From positions 4,076-68,075 of the forward strand of contig JAZUQQ010000014.1 of the NCBI GenBank assembly GCA_045605765.1: DNA of 64,000 nt, in the 5' to 3' direction. Below, piece by piece: positions 9,572 to 18,726 of this stretch. The notes under the pieces were generated by a model that was given only the letters and a program-made list of their open reading frames with translations, ran no database searches and was not told the DNA's origin. Both the position numbers and the translations under genes were made by a program. This DNA comes from Eubacteriales bacterium (GTDB lineage Bacteria > Bacillota > Clostridia > Oscillospirales > CAG-272). The stretch's first letter is position 1; each line of letters opens with the position of its first letter.

Positions 9572-9572
9572 G

Positions 9573-10664
9573 ATGAACAGAGAAATAAACAGATTCGGAA
9601 AAAATATAACGCTTACGACTTCGGGCGGATCGCACGACAAGTTCATCGAAGCAAAAATAAGCGCGTTCCCTGCAGGATTTGCTATCGATAGGGAAAAGCT
9701 CCTTGCCTTTATGGCGAGGCGCGCGCCGGGGAACTCGGATTTTGCAACTCCGCGTAAGGAGAGCGACGAGCCTGTATTTGTGTCTGGCGTTGACGAGCAT
9801 CTTGTAACAAACGGCGACGAGATGATAATAAGAATTTACAGCCAAAATATGCGCTCATCGGCTTATAAGGATGTTCACGATATTCCGAGACCGTCGCACG
9901 CCGATTATCCTGCGATGATTAAATACGGAAATGATGTTGATCTTCGCGGAGGTGGACATTTTTCGGGCAGACTTACCGCGCTTTTCTGCGCGTTTGGAGG
10001 AATTTGCCTGCAATATCTCGAAAAAATGGGAGTTTCGGTCTTTTCGCATATATACTCGGTACACTCTGTAAGTGACATACCGTTTTCTCTGACTGATGTG
10101 GGTGAAAGCGAAAAAAGAGTTCTTGAAGGGTCACTTTTTCCTGTGCTCAGTTTGCAGGCGGGAGAAAAAATGAAGGAGAAGATAGCCGAAGCGAAGGCAA
10201 ACGGAGATTCTGTAGGAGGAATTGTGGAATGTGCTGTTACAGGACTCCCCATAGGTCTTGGAGAGCATATGTTTGCAAGCGTTGAAGCGCGTATTTCCGA
10301 AATGATTTTTGCCATTCCTGCAGTTAAGGGAATCGAGTTCGGGCTGGGATTTGAGGCTAGTGAGCTGTATGGTTCGGAAAACAACGATCCGTTCGTTACC
10401 GACGGTAAAACTATTAAAACCAAAACGAATAATTGTGGCGGAATTCTCGGTGGAATGACAAGCGGAATGCCTGTCGTTTTCAGGACGGCTATGAAGCCTA
10501 CGCCGTCTATTGCAAAAGAGCAGGACAGCGTTTCTCTTTCAAAAATGGATAACGTCAAGATGCAGATAGTAGGTAGGCACGACCCTTGTATAGTACCACG
10601 CGCGGCGGCGGCGGTCGAGGGCGCGACAGCTATTGCTGTTCTTGACTTGATTCTTGACAGATAA
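9573..10664 (+). CDS. aroC: Chorismate synthase
   Basis: FGKNITLTTSGGSH start region, SGRLTA, and GGILGGMTSG...VGRHDPC. I chose the ATG at 9573, directly after the aroB stop, over the upstream in-frame start that overlaps aroB. Confidence 0.9.
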   Translation: MNREINRFGKNITLTTSGGSHDKFIEAKISAFPAGFAIDREKLLAFMARRAPGNSDFATPRKESDEPVFVSGVDEHLVTNGDEMIIRIYSQNMRSSAYKDVHDIPRPSHADYPAMIKYGNDVDLRGGGHFSGRLTALFCAFGGICLQYLEKMGVSVFSHIYSVHSVSDIPFSLTDVGESEKRVLEGSLFPVLSLQAGEKMKEKIAEAKANGDSVGGIVECAVTGLPIGLGEHMFASVEARISEMIFAIPAVKGIEFGLGFEASELYGSENNDPFVTDGKTIKTKTNNCGGILGGMTSGMPVVFRTAMKPTPSIAKEQDSVSLSKMDNVKMQIVGRHDPCIVPRAAAAVEGATAIAVLDLILDR

Positions 10665-10718
10665 TTTTTAGTAAAGTTTATGGGAAGGTATGGAAACCTT
10701 TTTCCAAAAATGGTTTCC
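10664..10718 (+). repeat. Intergenic repeat family, copy c (sense, directly upstream of the aroE/K start)
   Basis: ATTTTTAGTAAAGTTTATGGGAAGGTATGGAAACCTTTTTCCAAAAATGGTTTCC. Palindrome at 10692-10718. Confidence 0.65.
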
Positions 10719-10728
10719 GAAAAAGAAA

Positions 10729-11961
10729 ATGCAAAAATTCAGAGCAGGGCTTCTTGGAAGGAAACTCGGTCATAGTTACTCTAAGATAATACACAAATAT
10801 CTGGCGGATTACGATTACTCGATGTTCGAGCGCGAAGAGGACGAAGTCGAAGAATTTATAAAAAACGGACCGTTTGATGGGATAAACGTAACCGTTCCGT
10901 ATAAAAAGACGGTTACTGCTTTTCTTGACGAGCTTTCGGATATCGCCAAAGAACTTGGCGCGGTCAATACTGTCGTGAGACGTAAAAACGGAAGCTTGTA
11001 CGGAGATAATACCGATTTTTACGGATTTTCTTATATGCTCGACGTTGTCGATATTGACGTAAAGGGAAGAAAGGCACTCGTTGTAGGCGCGGGCGGAGCG
11101 TCGGCTACGGTGTGCGAGGTGCTGAAAAGGCGTGGTGCGCGAGAAATAGTCGTTTTGAACAGCAAAAACAATACTCCCGAAAATGTGTCAAAGCATAGCG
11201 ACGCTAATATCATCGTTAACGCTTCGCCTGTCGGTATGTACCCTGAATGTGAGGGAAAGCCTATCGACGTTACTCTTTTTAAAGAGTGCGAGGGAGTTGC
11301 CGACCTTATATATAATCCTGCAAGAACGAACATTATCTGTGATGCAGAAATGCTTGGAATAAAATGTATCGGCGGACTTTCTATGCTCGTGGCTCAGGCG
11401 AAACGTGCCTGTGAAATATTTCTCGACAAAGAGATACACGACAAGGTCATACCCGAAATTACCGAGAAAATAGAAAAATCACAGGAAAATATCGTGCTTG
11501 TCGGTATGCCCGGATGCGGAAAAAGTACTCTCGGTAAGCTTATTGCAGAAAGGTATGGTAGAGTCTTCGTCGATACCGATGCCGAGATAGTGAAAACGGC
11601 AGGGAAGAGCATTCCCGAGATATTTGCCGATGACGGAGAGAATATTTTCCGTGATTATGAGTCACGAGTTGTTAAAAGCGTTGGTAAAATGACAGGCGCC
11701 GTTATCGCAACGGGCGGGGGCGTAGTAAAAAAAGAGGAAAACTACCGTGCGCTTCACAGAAACGGCAAAATAATTTTTCTTGACCGAGATGTGAAAAGCC
11801 TCGATACTGACGGCAGACCGCTTTCCCAGAGAGACGGTGTGGAAAAGCTCTATAATGAGAGACTTCCGTTTTACCTTCGATTTGCCGACATCAAAATAGA
11901 GGTGTCAGACAATATTGAAGAGACCTACGCGCGATTTGCAAGCAGTCTCGGATTTGAATAA
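10729..11961 (+). CDS. aroE/aroK: Bifunctional shikimate dehydrogenase / shikimate kinase fusion
   Basis: The N-terminal roughly 260 aa are AroE-like (GLLGRKLGHSYSKIIH, VVGAGGASATV). The C-terminal part is AroK-like (VLVGMPGCGKSTLGK, DTDAEI, ATGGGVV). The ORF-track start at 10690 lies inside the repeat, so the ATG at 10729 is preferred. Confidence 0.85.
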   Translation: MQKFRAGLLGRKLGHSYSKIIHKYLADYDYSMFEREEDEVEEFIKNGPFDGINVTVPYKKTVTAFLDELSDIAKELGAVNTVVRRKNGSLYGDNTDFYGFSYMLDVVDIDVKGRKALVVGAGGASATVCEVLKRRGAREIVVLNSKNNTPENVSKHSDANIIVNASPVGMYPECEGKPIDVTLFKECEGVADLIYNPARTNIICDAEMLGIKCIGGLSMLVAQAKRACEIFLDKEIHDKVIPEITEKIEKSQENIVLVGMPGCGKSTLGKLIAERYGRVFVDTDAEIVKTAGKSIPEIFADDGENIFRDYESRVVKSVGKMTGAVIATGGGVVKKEENYRALHRNGKIIFLDRDVKSLDTDGRPLSQRDGVEKLYNERLPFYLRFADIKIEVSDNIEETYARFASSLGFE

Positions 11962-11977
11962 TGTAAGGAGAAAAAAT

Positions 11978-12409
11978 ATGAAGGTACTCGTTATAAACGG
12001 ACCAAATCTCAATATGCTCGGGCTTAGAGAGCCTGAGATATACGGCTCGAAAACCTACGCTGATCTTTGTGATTTTATAAAAAAATCCTGCGATGAGCTC
12101 GGCATTGAATGTGAGCTTTATCAGTCGAACCACGAGGGGGATATAGTCGATAAAATACAGGCGGCTTACGGAATTTTTGACGGACTTGTGATAAATCCTG
12201 CGGCATATACGCACACGAGCGTGTCGATCCTTGACGCTATAAAATCGGTGAATATCCCGACTGTTGAGGTTCATATCTCGGACGTTGACTCGCGTGAGGA
12301 ATTCAGAAAGCATTCCTTCGTTTCGTACGTTGCAAAGGAGCGTTTTGTGGGAATCGGATTTTATGGATACCGCCGTGCGGTTGAATTTTTAAAGGAATAC
12401 CTTAAATAA
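11978..12409 (+). CDS. aroQ: Type II 3-dehydroquinate dehydratase
   Basis: MKVLVINGPNLNMLGLREPEIYG, SNHEGDIVDKIQ and NPAAYTHTSV. SD AAGGAG lies 7 nt upstream of the ATG at 11978. Confidence 0.93.
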   Translation: MKVLVINGPNLNMLGLREPEIYGSKTYADLCDFIKKSCDELGIECELYQSNHEGDIVDKIQAAYGIFDGLVINPAAYTHTSVSILDAIKSVNIPTVEVHISDVDSREEFRKHSFVSYVAKERFVGIGFYGYRRAVEFLKEYLK

Positions 12410-12411
12410 TC

Positions 12412-12437
12412 AAAACACCCGCCACCGCGGGTGTTTT
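12412..12437. terminator. Bidirectional rho-independent terminator
   Basis: AAAACACCCGC CACC GCGGGTGTTTT between convergent genes. Confidence 0.8.
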
Positions 12438-12441
12438 GAAT

Positions 12442-13560
12442 TCATTTTTCTTTTTTGGCGGTTCGTTTTTTGCTTCCGCTTCTTAAAGATTCTCTTATAA
12501 GCAGAGAAAAAACATCTGAAAGCGTTTTTTTCTTTTCCTTGTCGAGTTTGTTTATTGCATTTATCATTTCGCGTGCCTTATCGACAGAATCTATCGACAG
12601 ATCGGTAAGAGTTTTTGCTCCGCTTGATTCGAGAAGTTCGAAAAGTGCTTCTGTGAACTCGCGTCGTTTGTCAGGACTGTATGCAGAAAGCCAATTTTTT
12701 ATGATCTTATCATTTCGCATATTACGTTTTGAGTTTTCAGGCAGGATATCAAAACGGTCAACATCTATCTTCCAATTAAAAGCATCGTGTTGATAAAGTC
12801 CGACGCCGTCCGATTTGACAGTGACGTAATTTGTATCGTGACTGAGTAACATTCCAACTATCGAATTTTCGGGAACAAAGGTGAATATTCGGTCTCCGAG
12901 AGCCAGATAATTTTTATTCTCTGTCATAGACCTTGAAAATCCCGGACCGTCAAAGCAATATATAGCGCTTATACGGGTTCGAATCTCTTTGTGGGTATGA
13001 AGAGCCGAAAACATGGCAAGATTTCCGCCTTTTGAATGTCCACCCAATCTTATAGGAACGCTCGGGAAAATCGTCGCCGCTTTGTCAAGAAAGTCTTTTG
13101 CATCAAGCTGAGCGGCCACTGTGTCTGAATAACTCATACTGAAATTCTCTTTCCAGCCGACTATCGTGTCGTCTGTGCCGCGAAACGCGAGAAAAATATG
13201 TCTGTCTCCTGTATCTATTGCCATGGCGCAAAATTGTTTTTTCTTAACCTCATCTATCTCGCTAACGAACGAATAAATCTTCATATCGGAAAATCGACGT
13301 GTTTTTGCGGCAGATTTCAGTACATCTAGAACCGATCGCGGTATTATGAGCCCGAGCGATCGTCTTGCTCTTTTTTTGTCAGCAAAAAAGAGTTCGGAAA
13401 GTGTTCGTAATGTTATTGGATTTTTAAAATCGGCAGATACGATACCCGAAAAATTGATATATGAAATTTCGCTGAGTATCAGTGCATCTATCTCGTTGAA
13501 TCGAGCTTGACGCGTGTCGATGTCTCCGCGCCATTTAAGATAATCAAAAAGATTTGCCAT
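12442..13560 (-). CDS. DUF2974 (Mbeg1-like) alpha/beta-hydrolase family protein
   Basis: 372 aa. N-terminus MANLFDYLKWRGDI...DALILSEISY and a GHSKGGNLA nucleophile elbow. Confidence 0.7.
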   Translation of the reverse strand: MANLFDYLKWRGDIDTRQARFNEIDALILSEISYINFSGIVSADFKNPITLRTLSELFFADKKRARRSLGLIIPRSVLDVLKSAAKTRRFSDMKIYSFVSEIDEVKKKQFCAMAIDTGDRHIFLAFRGTDDTIVGWKENFSMSYSDTVAAQLDAKDFLDKAATIFPSVPIRLGGHSKGGNLAMFSALHTHKEIRTRISAIYCFDGPGFSRSMTENKNYLALGDRIFTFVPENSIVGMLLSHDTNYVTVKSDGVGLYQHDAFNWKIDVDRFDILPENSKRNMRNDKIIKNWLSAYSPDKRREFTEALFELLESSGAKTLTDLSIDSVDKAREMINAINKLDKEKKKTLSDVFSLLIRESLRSGSKKRTAKKEK

Positions 13561-13563
13561 AAA

Positions 13564-14118
13564 TCATCTTTCCTTTAACACACATTGATACGCAAGCCTG
13601 TGACTTCCGTCTTCGAGATATATTGATCCGCAACGGACGAAGCCGAGCTTTTCGAGAAGTCTTTGCATCGGCAGATTTTTTACATGGGTGTCTATTTTAA
13701 GATTTCCCGCTGCGCTAAGCGCCCAAGAAAGGCATAAGCACCCAATCCCTTTGCCGCGACCAAGCTCGCCCACACCTACACGGTGGACTACCCCGTATGG
13801 AAGATCGTTAATCCACTCTCCACCAAATATTTCGCGGTAAGTCGGGTCATCTGCGCTTTGCTCAAAGTAAAAGGCTGCAAGAATGTTTTTTTCGTCGGTT
13901 ACAACGTACCCGCCACCGTTTTCGAAAAGATCTTCTTTTACCGTTTCGGCAGGTGGATAATAGTCTCCCCACTGGTCGGGATTTCCGTTTTTTCTCATAA
14001 ATTCACGAGCCTGTGCGTATATCTGCATAACTGCATCGAAATCACCGAGATTTGCTTTTCTTATATAAATATTGTCCATATTAATTGGGGCAGGTACGCT
14101 TCCTTTCAGAAATTTCAT
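13564..14118 (-). CDS. GNAT family N-acetyltransferase
   Basis: Acetyl-CoA binding-type segment RGKGIGCLCLSWAL...LLEKLGF. The start is uncertain (14118 or 14079). Confidence 0.75.
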   Translation of the reverse strand: MKFLKGSVPAPINMDNIYIRKANLGDFDAVMQIYAQAREFMRKNGNPDQWGDYYPPAETVKEDLFENGGGYVVTDEKNILAAFYFEQSADDPTYREIFGGEWINDLPYGVVHRVGVGELGRGKGIGCLCLSWALSAAGNLKIDTHVKNLPMQRLLEKLGFVRCGSIYLEDGSHRLAYQCVLKER

Positions 14119-14257
14119 TTACAGGCTTATTGAAAAGCGCTATTTTTATAAATTATACCACACTTGAAAATAATTTCAATAATTTACTATAAAATTGTAG
14201 TGAGTTTTCAGAAATTTAATAATTGAGCGGACAGCAAAGAAGAATTTTAAAATCTTG

Positions 14258-14286
14258 TTGACAAGCGCGTTCAAGTATGATATAAT
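14258..14286 (+). promoter_or_regulatory. Sigma-A type promoter for tRNA-Leu
   Basis: TTGACA (14258-14263), 17-nt spacer, TATAAT (14281-14286). Confidence 0.7.
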
Positions 14287-14305
14287 GCAAGGGTCGAAAA
14301 GATTT

Positions 14306-14389
14306 GCCGGTGTGGCGGAATTGGCAGACGCAAGGGACTTAAAATCCCTCGGTGGTAACACCGTACCGGTTCGACCCCGGTTACCGGCA
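14306..14389 (+). tRNA. tRNA-Leu (anticodon UAA), class II with a long variable arm; no encoded CCA
   Basis: The cloverleaf folds by hand. Acceptor GCCGGTG/TACCGGC, anticodon stem AGGGA/TCCCT with loop CTTAAAA, T-arm ACCGG TTCGACC CCGGT. Confidence 0.9.
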
Positions 14390-14393
14390 TAAG

Positions 14394-14425
14394 AAAAAGC
14401 TCTTGCTTTGTGCAGGAGCTTTTTT
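14394..14425 (+). terminator. Rho-independent terminator
   Basis: AAAAAGCTCTTGC..GCAGGAGCTTTTTT. Confidence 0.75.
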
Positions 14426-14483
14426 CGTGATCGGAAACTAATTAAAAAGCCTCGCACCGTTTTGGATGCAAGGCTTTATCATT

Positions 14484-15929
14484 TTACCATTCAACTGCGG
14501 GCTTCTTTGTTGCGAGATAGTTTCTGGGATTTACGAAATCTCCGCGATTATTCACGTCAACAAATCCTGTGAGGACCTCAAAGTGGAGATGTGCTCCGGT
14601 AACCCAACCGGTTCTTCCCATATTTCCGATGTATTCGCCTTGATATACCTTGTCGCCTACCTTGACAGCGGGGCGCTTGTTCATATGCGCGTATCTGGTA
14701 GCGACTCCGTTTCCGTGGTCGATTATAAGGTTCCAACCGTACGATCCGCTGCCGTGGCTGCTCACGTAAATTACCGTTCCTGCAGCGGCTGCAACGATCT
14801 TCGGATTACCGTTTCTCGCGATGTCAATCCCGTCGTGGTTCTGCCATTTTCCCGACAGGTATCTGCTACCGTACTCGGAGGTTACCCAGCCGACAGTCGG
14901 CCAGATGAACTTTCCGCCATCCCACGTGGTGGACTGAGTCCCGTAAACCGTGATCTCGTCGACGGGTTCGAGCGTTATTATTACGCTTTCGTCGATTCTG
15001 TTGGTGTGCGAGAGATTATCACCTATGTAAACGTCCTCGTATTCGACGGTGCACTGACCGTCCTTTCCTTTGATATAAACGAAATCGGGGTCGTCGTCGC
15101 CGTATTTCAGATCGTAATCCGTATCGGGTACACGAAGCTGCTCGAATTTTACGGTTTCCGTTTCGGTTCTGCGCACCGAGGTTACCGTGAATTCGGGAGA
15201 AGCGTTTTGGGGAACATTGTTACTGCTTCCGTAAAGTATCGCGTGATCTATACTTTCGATTATATCACGCACGGTCTCATCGAATTTATCTTGGAGAGAT
15301 GTGTCGGTCTTACCTGCGGAAGATATGGCATCATTTATTTGGGTAACACTTGAAGCAATATTTTCGATCTTGGCAAAGCTCGGAGTTGCGTAAACAGCTG
15401 ATGTCTCGCTATGCATCTTATCGTTATCAAAAACATAATTTACGATATTAACAGCAAGCTGTTGCACATCTTCCTTTTCGGATACAGGACAGTAACCGAC
15501 GATGCTTCCTCCAACGTAAAGAGCATAGCACTTATCGTAAAGAGCGACCGTTTTGCTCATAAGAGCGTCGAACATTTCTTCGACGGGAGCAGTAACAGCG
15601 TTCTTTCTAATGGCTACAAGCTTGATGGAAAGGTCGTCTGCTATTGAGTGTGCGTAGCCGAGTCTGCCCGACATAACTCTCTCTACGGTGTTAGAGGCGA
15701 GGAAATAGTCGCCAAGGTCGTCGGTGATGCAGAGCATTTCGCCGTCAACCCAAACCTCGTAGAAGAGCTTTGCAGATCCGGTATCGCCAACGCTTACAGG
15801 TCCCTCGTCGGAATTACCTGAATCAAGGCTTACGTTATTCAAAAAGATTACGGTGGAAGCTACCGCGATTATCGCGATTATTTGGAGTGCGATAAGCAGT
15901 ATTCCAAACAAGCGTGTCTTTTTCAACAT
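14484..15929 (-). CDS. M23 family metallopeptidase (peptidoglycan endopeptidase-like) with N-terminal membrane anchor
   Basis: C-terminal HDGIDIA ... IIDHGNGVATRYAHM ... GWVTGAHLHFEV. TM helix at residues about 8-30. TTGACA-N17-TATAAT lies upstream on the minus strand near 16030-16058. Confidence 0.88.
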   Translation of the reverse strand: MLKKTRLFGILLIALQIIAIIAVASTVIFLNNVSLDSGNSDEGPVSVGDTGSAKLFYEVWVDGEMLCITDDLGDYFLASNTVERVMSGRLGYAHSIADDLSIKLVAIRKNAVTAPVEEMFDALMSKTVALYDKCYALYVGGSIVGYCPVSEKEDVQQLAVNIVNYVFDNDKMHSETSAVYATPSFAKIENIASSVTQINDAISSAGKTDTSLQDKFDETVRDIIESIDHAILYGSSNNVPQNASPEFTVTSVRRTETETVKFEQLRVPDTDYDLKYGDDDPDFVYIKGKDGQCTVEYEDVYIGDNLSHTNRIDESVIITLEPVDEITVYGTQSTTWDGGKFIWPTVGWVTSEYGSRYLSGKWQNHDGIDIARNGNPKIVAAAAGTVIYVSSHGSGSYGWNLIIDHGNGVATRYAHMNKRPAVKVGDKVYQGEYIGNMGRTGWVTGAHLHFEVLTGFVDVNNRGDFVNPRNYLATKKPAVEW

Positions 15930-16191
15930 AAAAACACCTCTCCTGAAATTTAGTACGCAGATTCAAGGATACGGGATATTATCGCCCAAACATATCCATA
16001 TTAAACCGCATACGAGGTCATTATAGCACAAGTTGCATCTATTGTCAAGTGTTTTTTCTGCGGTTCTGCCCGATTTGAATAGAATAGACCGCATTTTTGT
16101 CCTGTTTTAGGCGTTTTTGTCCTTAAAAGCTATTGAAAATCTCGCGAAGGCGTGATAGAATACTAATGAAAAGAACTTTTTTGGAGCTATT

Positions 16192-16710
16192 ATGGATTTG
16201 GAAGATAAAATTATCACGGTGGACGATCCCCATATCTACTTTATGAAAAAGGCGCTCGAATATGCCTGCCTTGCAAAAGAAACGGCAGACGTACCGGTTG
16301 GTGCGATCGTCGTATGCGACGGCGAGATCGTTTCCTACGGCTACAACCGCAGAGAGGGCAGTAAAAACGCGCTCTCGCACGCCGAGATCGAGGCTATAAA
16401 CGGCGCGTGCGAAAAACTCGGTGGTTGGCGTCTTCATAAATGCGATCTTTACGTGACGCTCGAGCCCTGTCCGATGTGCGCGGGGGCTATCATAAATTCG
16501 CGGATAAAGAACGTCTATTTCGGAGCGAGCGATCCGAAGGCGGGCGCGTTCGGCGGTCTTTTTGATATGAACTCCTTTGCGCTCAACCACCACCCGAATA
16601 TCGTGAGCGGAGTTTGCGGAGATGAGTGCTCCGCGCTTCTCAGAGATTTTTTCGGCGGACTTCGCAAAAAGCGCAAGGAAGAAGGAAATACAAAGAAAAA
16701 ATGGTCATAA
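16192..16710 (+). CDS. tadA: tRNA adenosine(34) deaminase
   Basis: HAEIEAI and TLEPCPMCAGAI zinc motifs. Confidence 0.92.
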   Translation: MDLEDKIITVDDPHIYFMKKALEYACLAKETADVPVGAIVVCDGEIVSYGYNRREGSKNALSHAEIEAINGACEKLGGWRLHKCDLYVTLEPCPMCAGAIINSRIKNVYFGASDPKAGAFGGLFDMNSFALNHHPNIVSGVCGDECSALLRDFFGGLRKKRKEEGNTKKKWS

Positions 16711-16719
16711 AGCAAAAAT

Positions 16720-16760
16720 CGACCGTCGAACGAAAGTCCGACGGTCGGCTTGTTTATTTT
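16720..16760. terminator. Bidirectional rho-independent terminator
   Basis: CGACCGTCG..CGACGGTCG stem between convergent tadA and dapB, with a T-rich tail. Confidence 0.7.
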
Positions 16761-17520
16761 AAGTAAGATCTCCGATAAGATCGGACATAGAGTACATACC
16801 GGCAGGCATATCTACCATAAATTCTGCGGCGCGGAGCGCTCCGAGAGCGAATACCGAGCGAGAATATGCAGAGTGTGAGATCGTTACCGACTCGTTCTTT
16901 CCGCCGAAAAGCACGCTGTGCTCACCGACGATACCGCCTGCGCGGACGGCGTGAATTCCGATTTCGTTTTTCGGACGCGCTTCGCGACGTTCACTGCGGT
17001 CGTAAACGTACTGCGGCGCCTCTTCGAGCGTTTCGGATATGGCGTCTGCTATCATAAGAGCGGTTCCGCTCGGAGCATCAAGCTTTTTGTTGTGATGCGC
17101 CTCAATTATTTCAATATCAAAGTCCTCGCCGAGCATTGCCGCCGCCTTTTTTGAAAGCTCGATCACGAGATTTATTCCGATGGACATATTTCTCGAAAAG
17201 AAAATCGGGATATATTTCGAGTATTCCTGCATAAGCGCGGTTTCTTCCTGCGTGTGACCTGTTGTGGATACTACGATCGGAAGCTTCTTTGATTTTGCAT
17301 ATTCAAGATATTCGGGGAGCGCAGCGTGAAAGGAAAAATCCACGATAACGTTGGCACTTTCCTTAACTTCGGATATTTTTGAATAGACCGGATAGCCGCC
17401 TCTCTGAGCAGTGTTCACGTCAACGCCCGCGATGATCCTAACGCCCTCCTTTTCGGAGATTATATCCTCAAAGGCTTGTCCCATTCTGCCGTTTATTCCG
17501 CAAAAAATTATGTTAGTCAT
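16759..17520 (-). CDS. dapB: 4-hydroxy-tetrahydrodipicolinate reductase
   Basis: 253 aa with GINGRMG and EAHHNKKLDAPSGTA. Confidence 0.92.
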   Translation of the reverse strand: MTNIIFCGINGRMGQAFEDIISEKEGVRIIAGVDVNTAQRGGYPVYSKISEVKESANVIVDFSFHAALPEYLEYAKSKKLPIVVSTTGHTQEETALMQEYSKYIPIFFSRNMSIGINLVIELSKKAAAMLGEDFDIEIIEAHHNKKLDAPSGTALMIADAISETLEEAPQYVYDRSERREARPKNEIGIHAVRAGGIVGEHSVLFGGKNESVTISHSAYSRSVFALGALRAAEFMVDMPAGMYSMSDLIGDLT

Positions 17521-17595
17521 TTTGGACTCCTTCTAATTTGTAGCTTTATAATTTATCAGCCTCGGACACCTTAGCGTAACCGAGGCTGCTTTGGT

Positions 17596-18483
17596 TTACT
17601 TTTTAAGTCCGAGCTCCTTCATTATCGAAACGAGCTTTGCACGGTTCTGAGGCTCTACCTCGGAAAGGGGGAGACGAAGCTCGCCAGAGCAGAAGCCGAG
17701 CTCCTCCATTATCGCCTTGATCGGTACGGGATTTACCTCGCAGAAGATTGCTCTTGCGAACGAATGGAGCTTGAGCTGAAGCGAAGCACTCTCCTTGACC
17801 TTGCCGTCGAAATAAAGCTGACAGATGTCGTGGGTTTCCTTCGGAAGAGCGTTTGCCATTACCGAGATAACTCCCTTGCCGCCGAGAGAGAGCATAGGAA
17901 CTATCTGGTCGTCGTCGCCGCTGTAAATATCAAATACTTCGCCAAACTCGTGGAAAAGGTCAACTATCTGGGAGAAGTTTCCCGAAGCCTCCTTGACTCC
18001 GACGATGTTTGGGTGCTTTGCGAGCTCTCTGTAAACCGGTGCGGTAATGTTGCAGCCGGTACGCGAGGGTACGTTGTAAACTATGATAGGACAGTCAACC
18101 GCGTCTGCTATGAGGTTGTAATGCTTTATAAGACCTGTGGTGGTTGCTTTATTATAATAAGGAGTGACGGTGAGAAGTCCGTTTGCGCCTGCTTGACTTG
18201 CAAAGCGAGAGAGCTCGACTGCGTAGCTCGTGTCGTTGCTTCCCGTGCCTGCGATTACAGGGATGCGTCCGTTTACCTTTTCGAGCGTGTATTCAAGGCA
18301 CTTTTTATGCTCGGTATCCGAAAGAGTTGCACATTCTCCAGTAGTACCGCAGATGATGATGGCATCGGTGCCGTTTGTTATCTGATACTCTATTATGTTG
18401 CCGAGAGCCTCGTAATCTACCTCATAATCCTTGAAAGGAGTTATGATAGCGACTCCTGAGCCTGTAAAAAGAGTTTTTTTCAT
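17596..18483 (-). CDS. dapA: 4-hydroxy-tetrahydrodipicolinate synthase
   Basis: The MKKTLFTGSGVAIITPF start is chosen (ATG at 18483). GTTGE, YNVPSRTG and GVKEASG motifs. TTGACA-N17-TATTAT promoter on the minus strand at about 18634-18662. Confidence 0.92.
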   Translation of the reverse strand: MKKTLFTGSGVAIITPFKDYEVDYEALGNIIEYQITNGTDAIIICGTTGECATLSDTEHKKCLEYTLEKVNGRIPVIAGTGSNDTSYAVELSRFASQAGANGLLTVTPYYNKATTTGLIKHYNLIADAVDCPIIVYNVPSRTGCNITAPVYRELAKHPNIVGVKEASGNFSQIVDLFHEFGEVFDIYSGDDDQIVPMLSLGGKGVISVMANALPKETHDICQLYFDGKVKESASLQLKLHSFARAIFCEVNPVPIKAIMEELGFCSGELRLPLSEVEPQNRAKLVSIMKELGLKK

Positions 18484-18726
18484 TTTATTAGTCAATCCTT
18501 TCTCTGTGTGAGAGCGCTCTGAGGCGCTTTTTAAAAAAATGCAAAATTGGGTTGAAAAAATCAACATATTATTGTATAATGGGATTTGTTGGAGCGTCAG
18601 AAACGCAGACAACAAAATTTGCCATATAATATAATATCACAAATCGAGTTTTATGTCAAGGAGTTTTTTAACTATTTTCTTTAACTGTTTGACCTTACAT
18701 AGCTCTTTTGAAAGGAATTTCTCTAT

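Noticed and set aside
9539-9572. Possible seventh copy of the dispersed repeat, overlapping the aroB stop and preceding aroC.
   Set aside because: Only the right half resembles the family (GAAATATTCCAAAAAGGGCTTGAAAAATAAG) and no palindrome can be formed. It is mentioned as a possible degenerate copy and is not listed as a feature.
10690-10728. Upstream in-frame starts proposed by the ORF track. These are METFFQKWFPKKK for aroE/K, plus similar N-terminal extensions at 9531 (aroC), 11915 (aroQ), 18615 (dapA), 34254, 51488, 58516, 58682, 62358 and 63303.
   Set aside because: The extensions overlap the preceding gene, lie inside the repeat element or a terminator, or lack an SD. An internal ATG with a proper SD or the family-typical N-terminus was chosen in each case.
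18484-18662. Looked for a lysine riboswitch (L-box) upstream of dapA.
   Set aside because: The leader of about 150 nt after the TTGACA-N17-TATTAT promoter has a few small hairpins. It lacks the L-box conserved core as I remember it, and it is too short.
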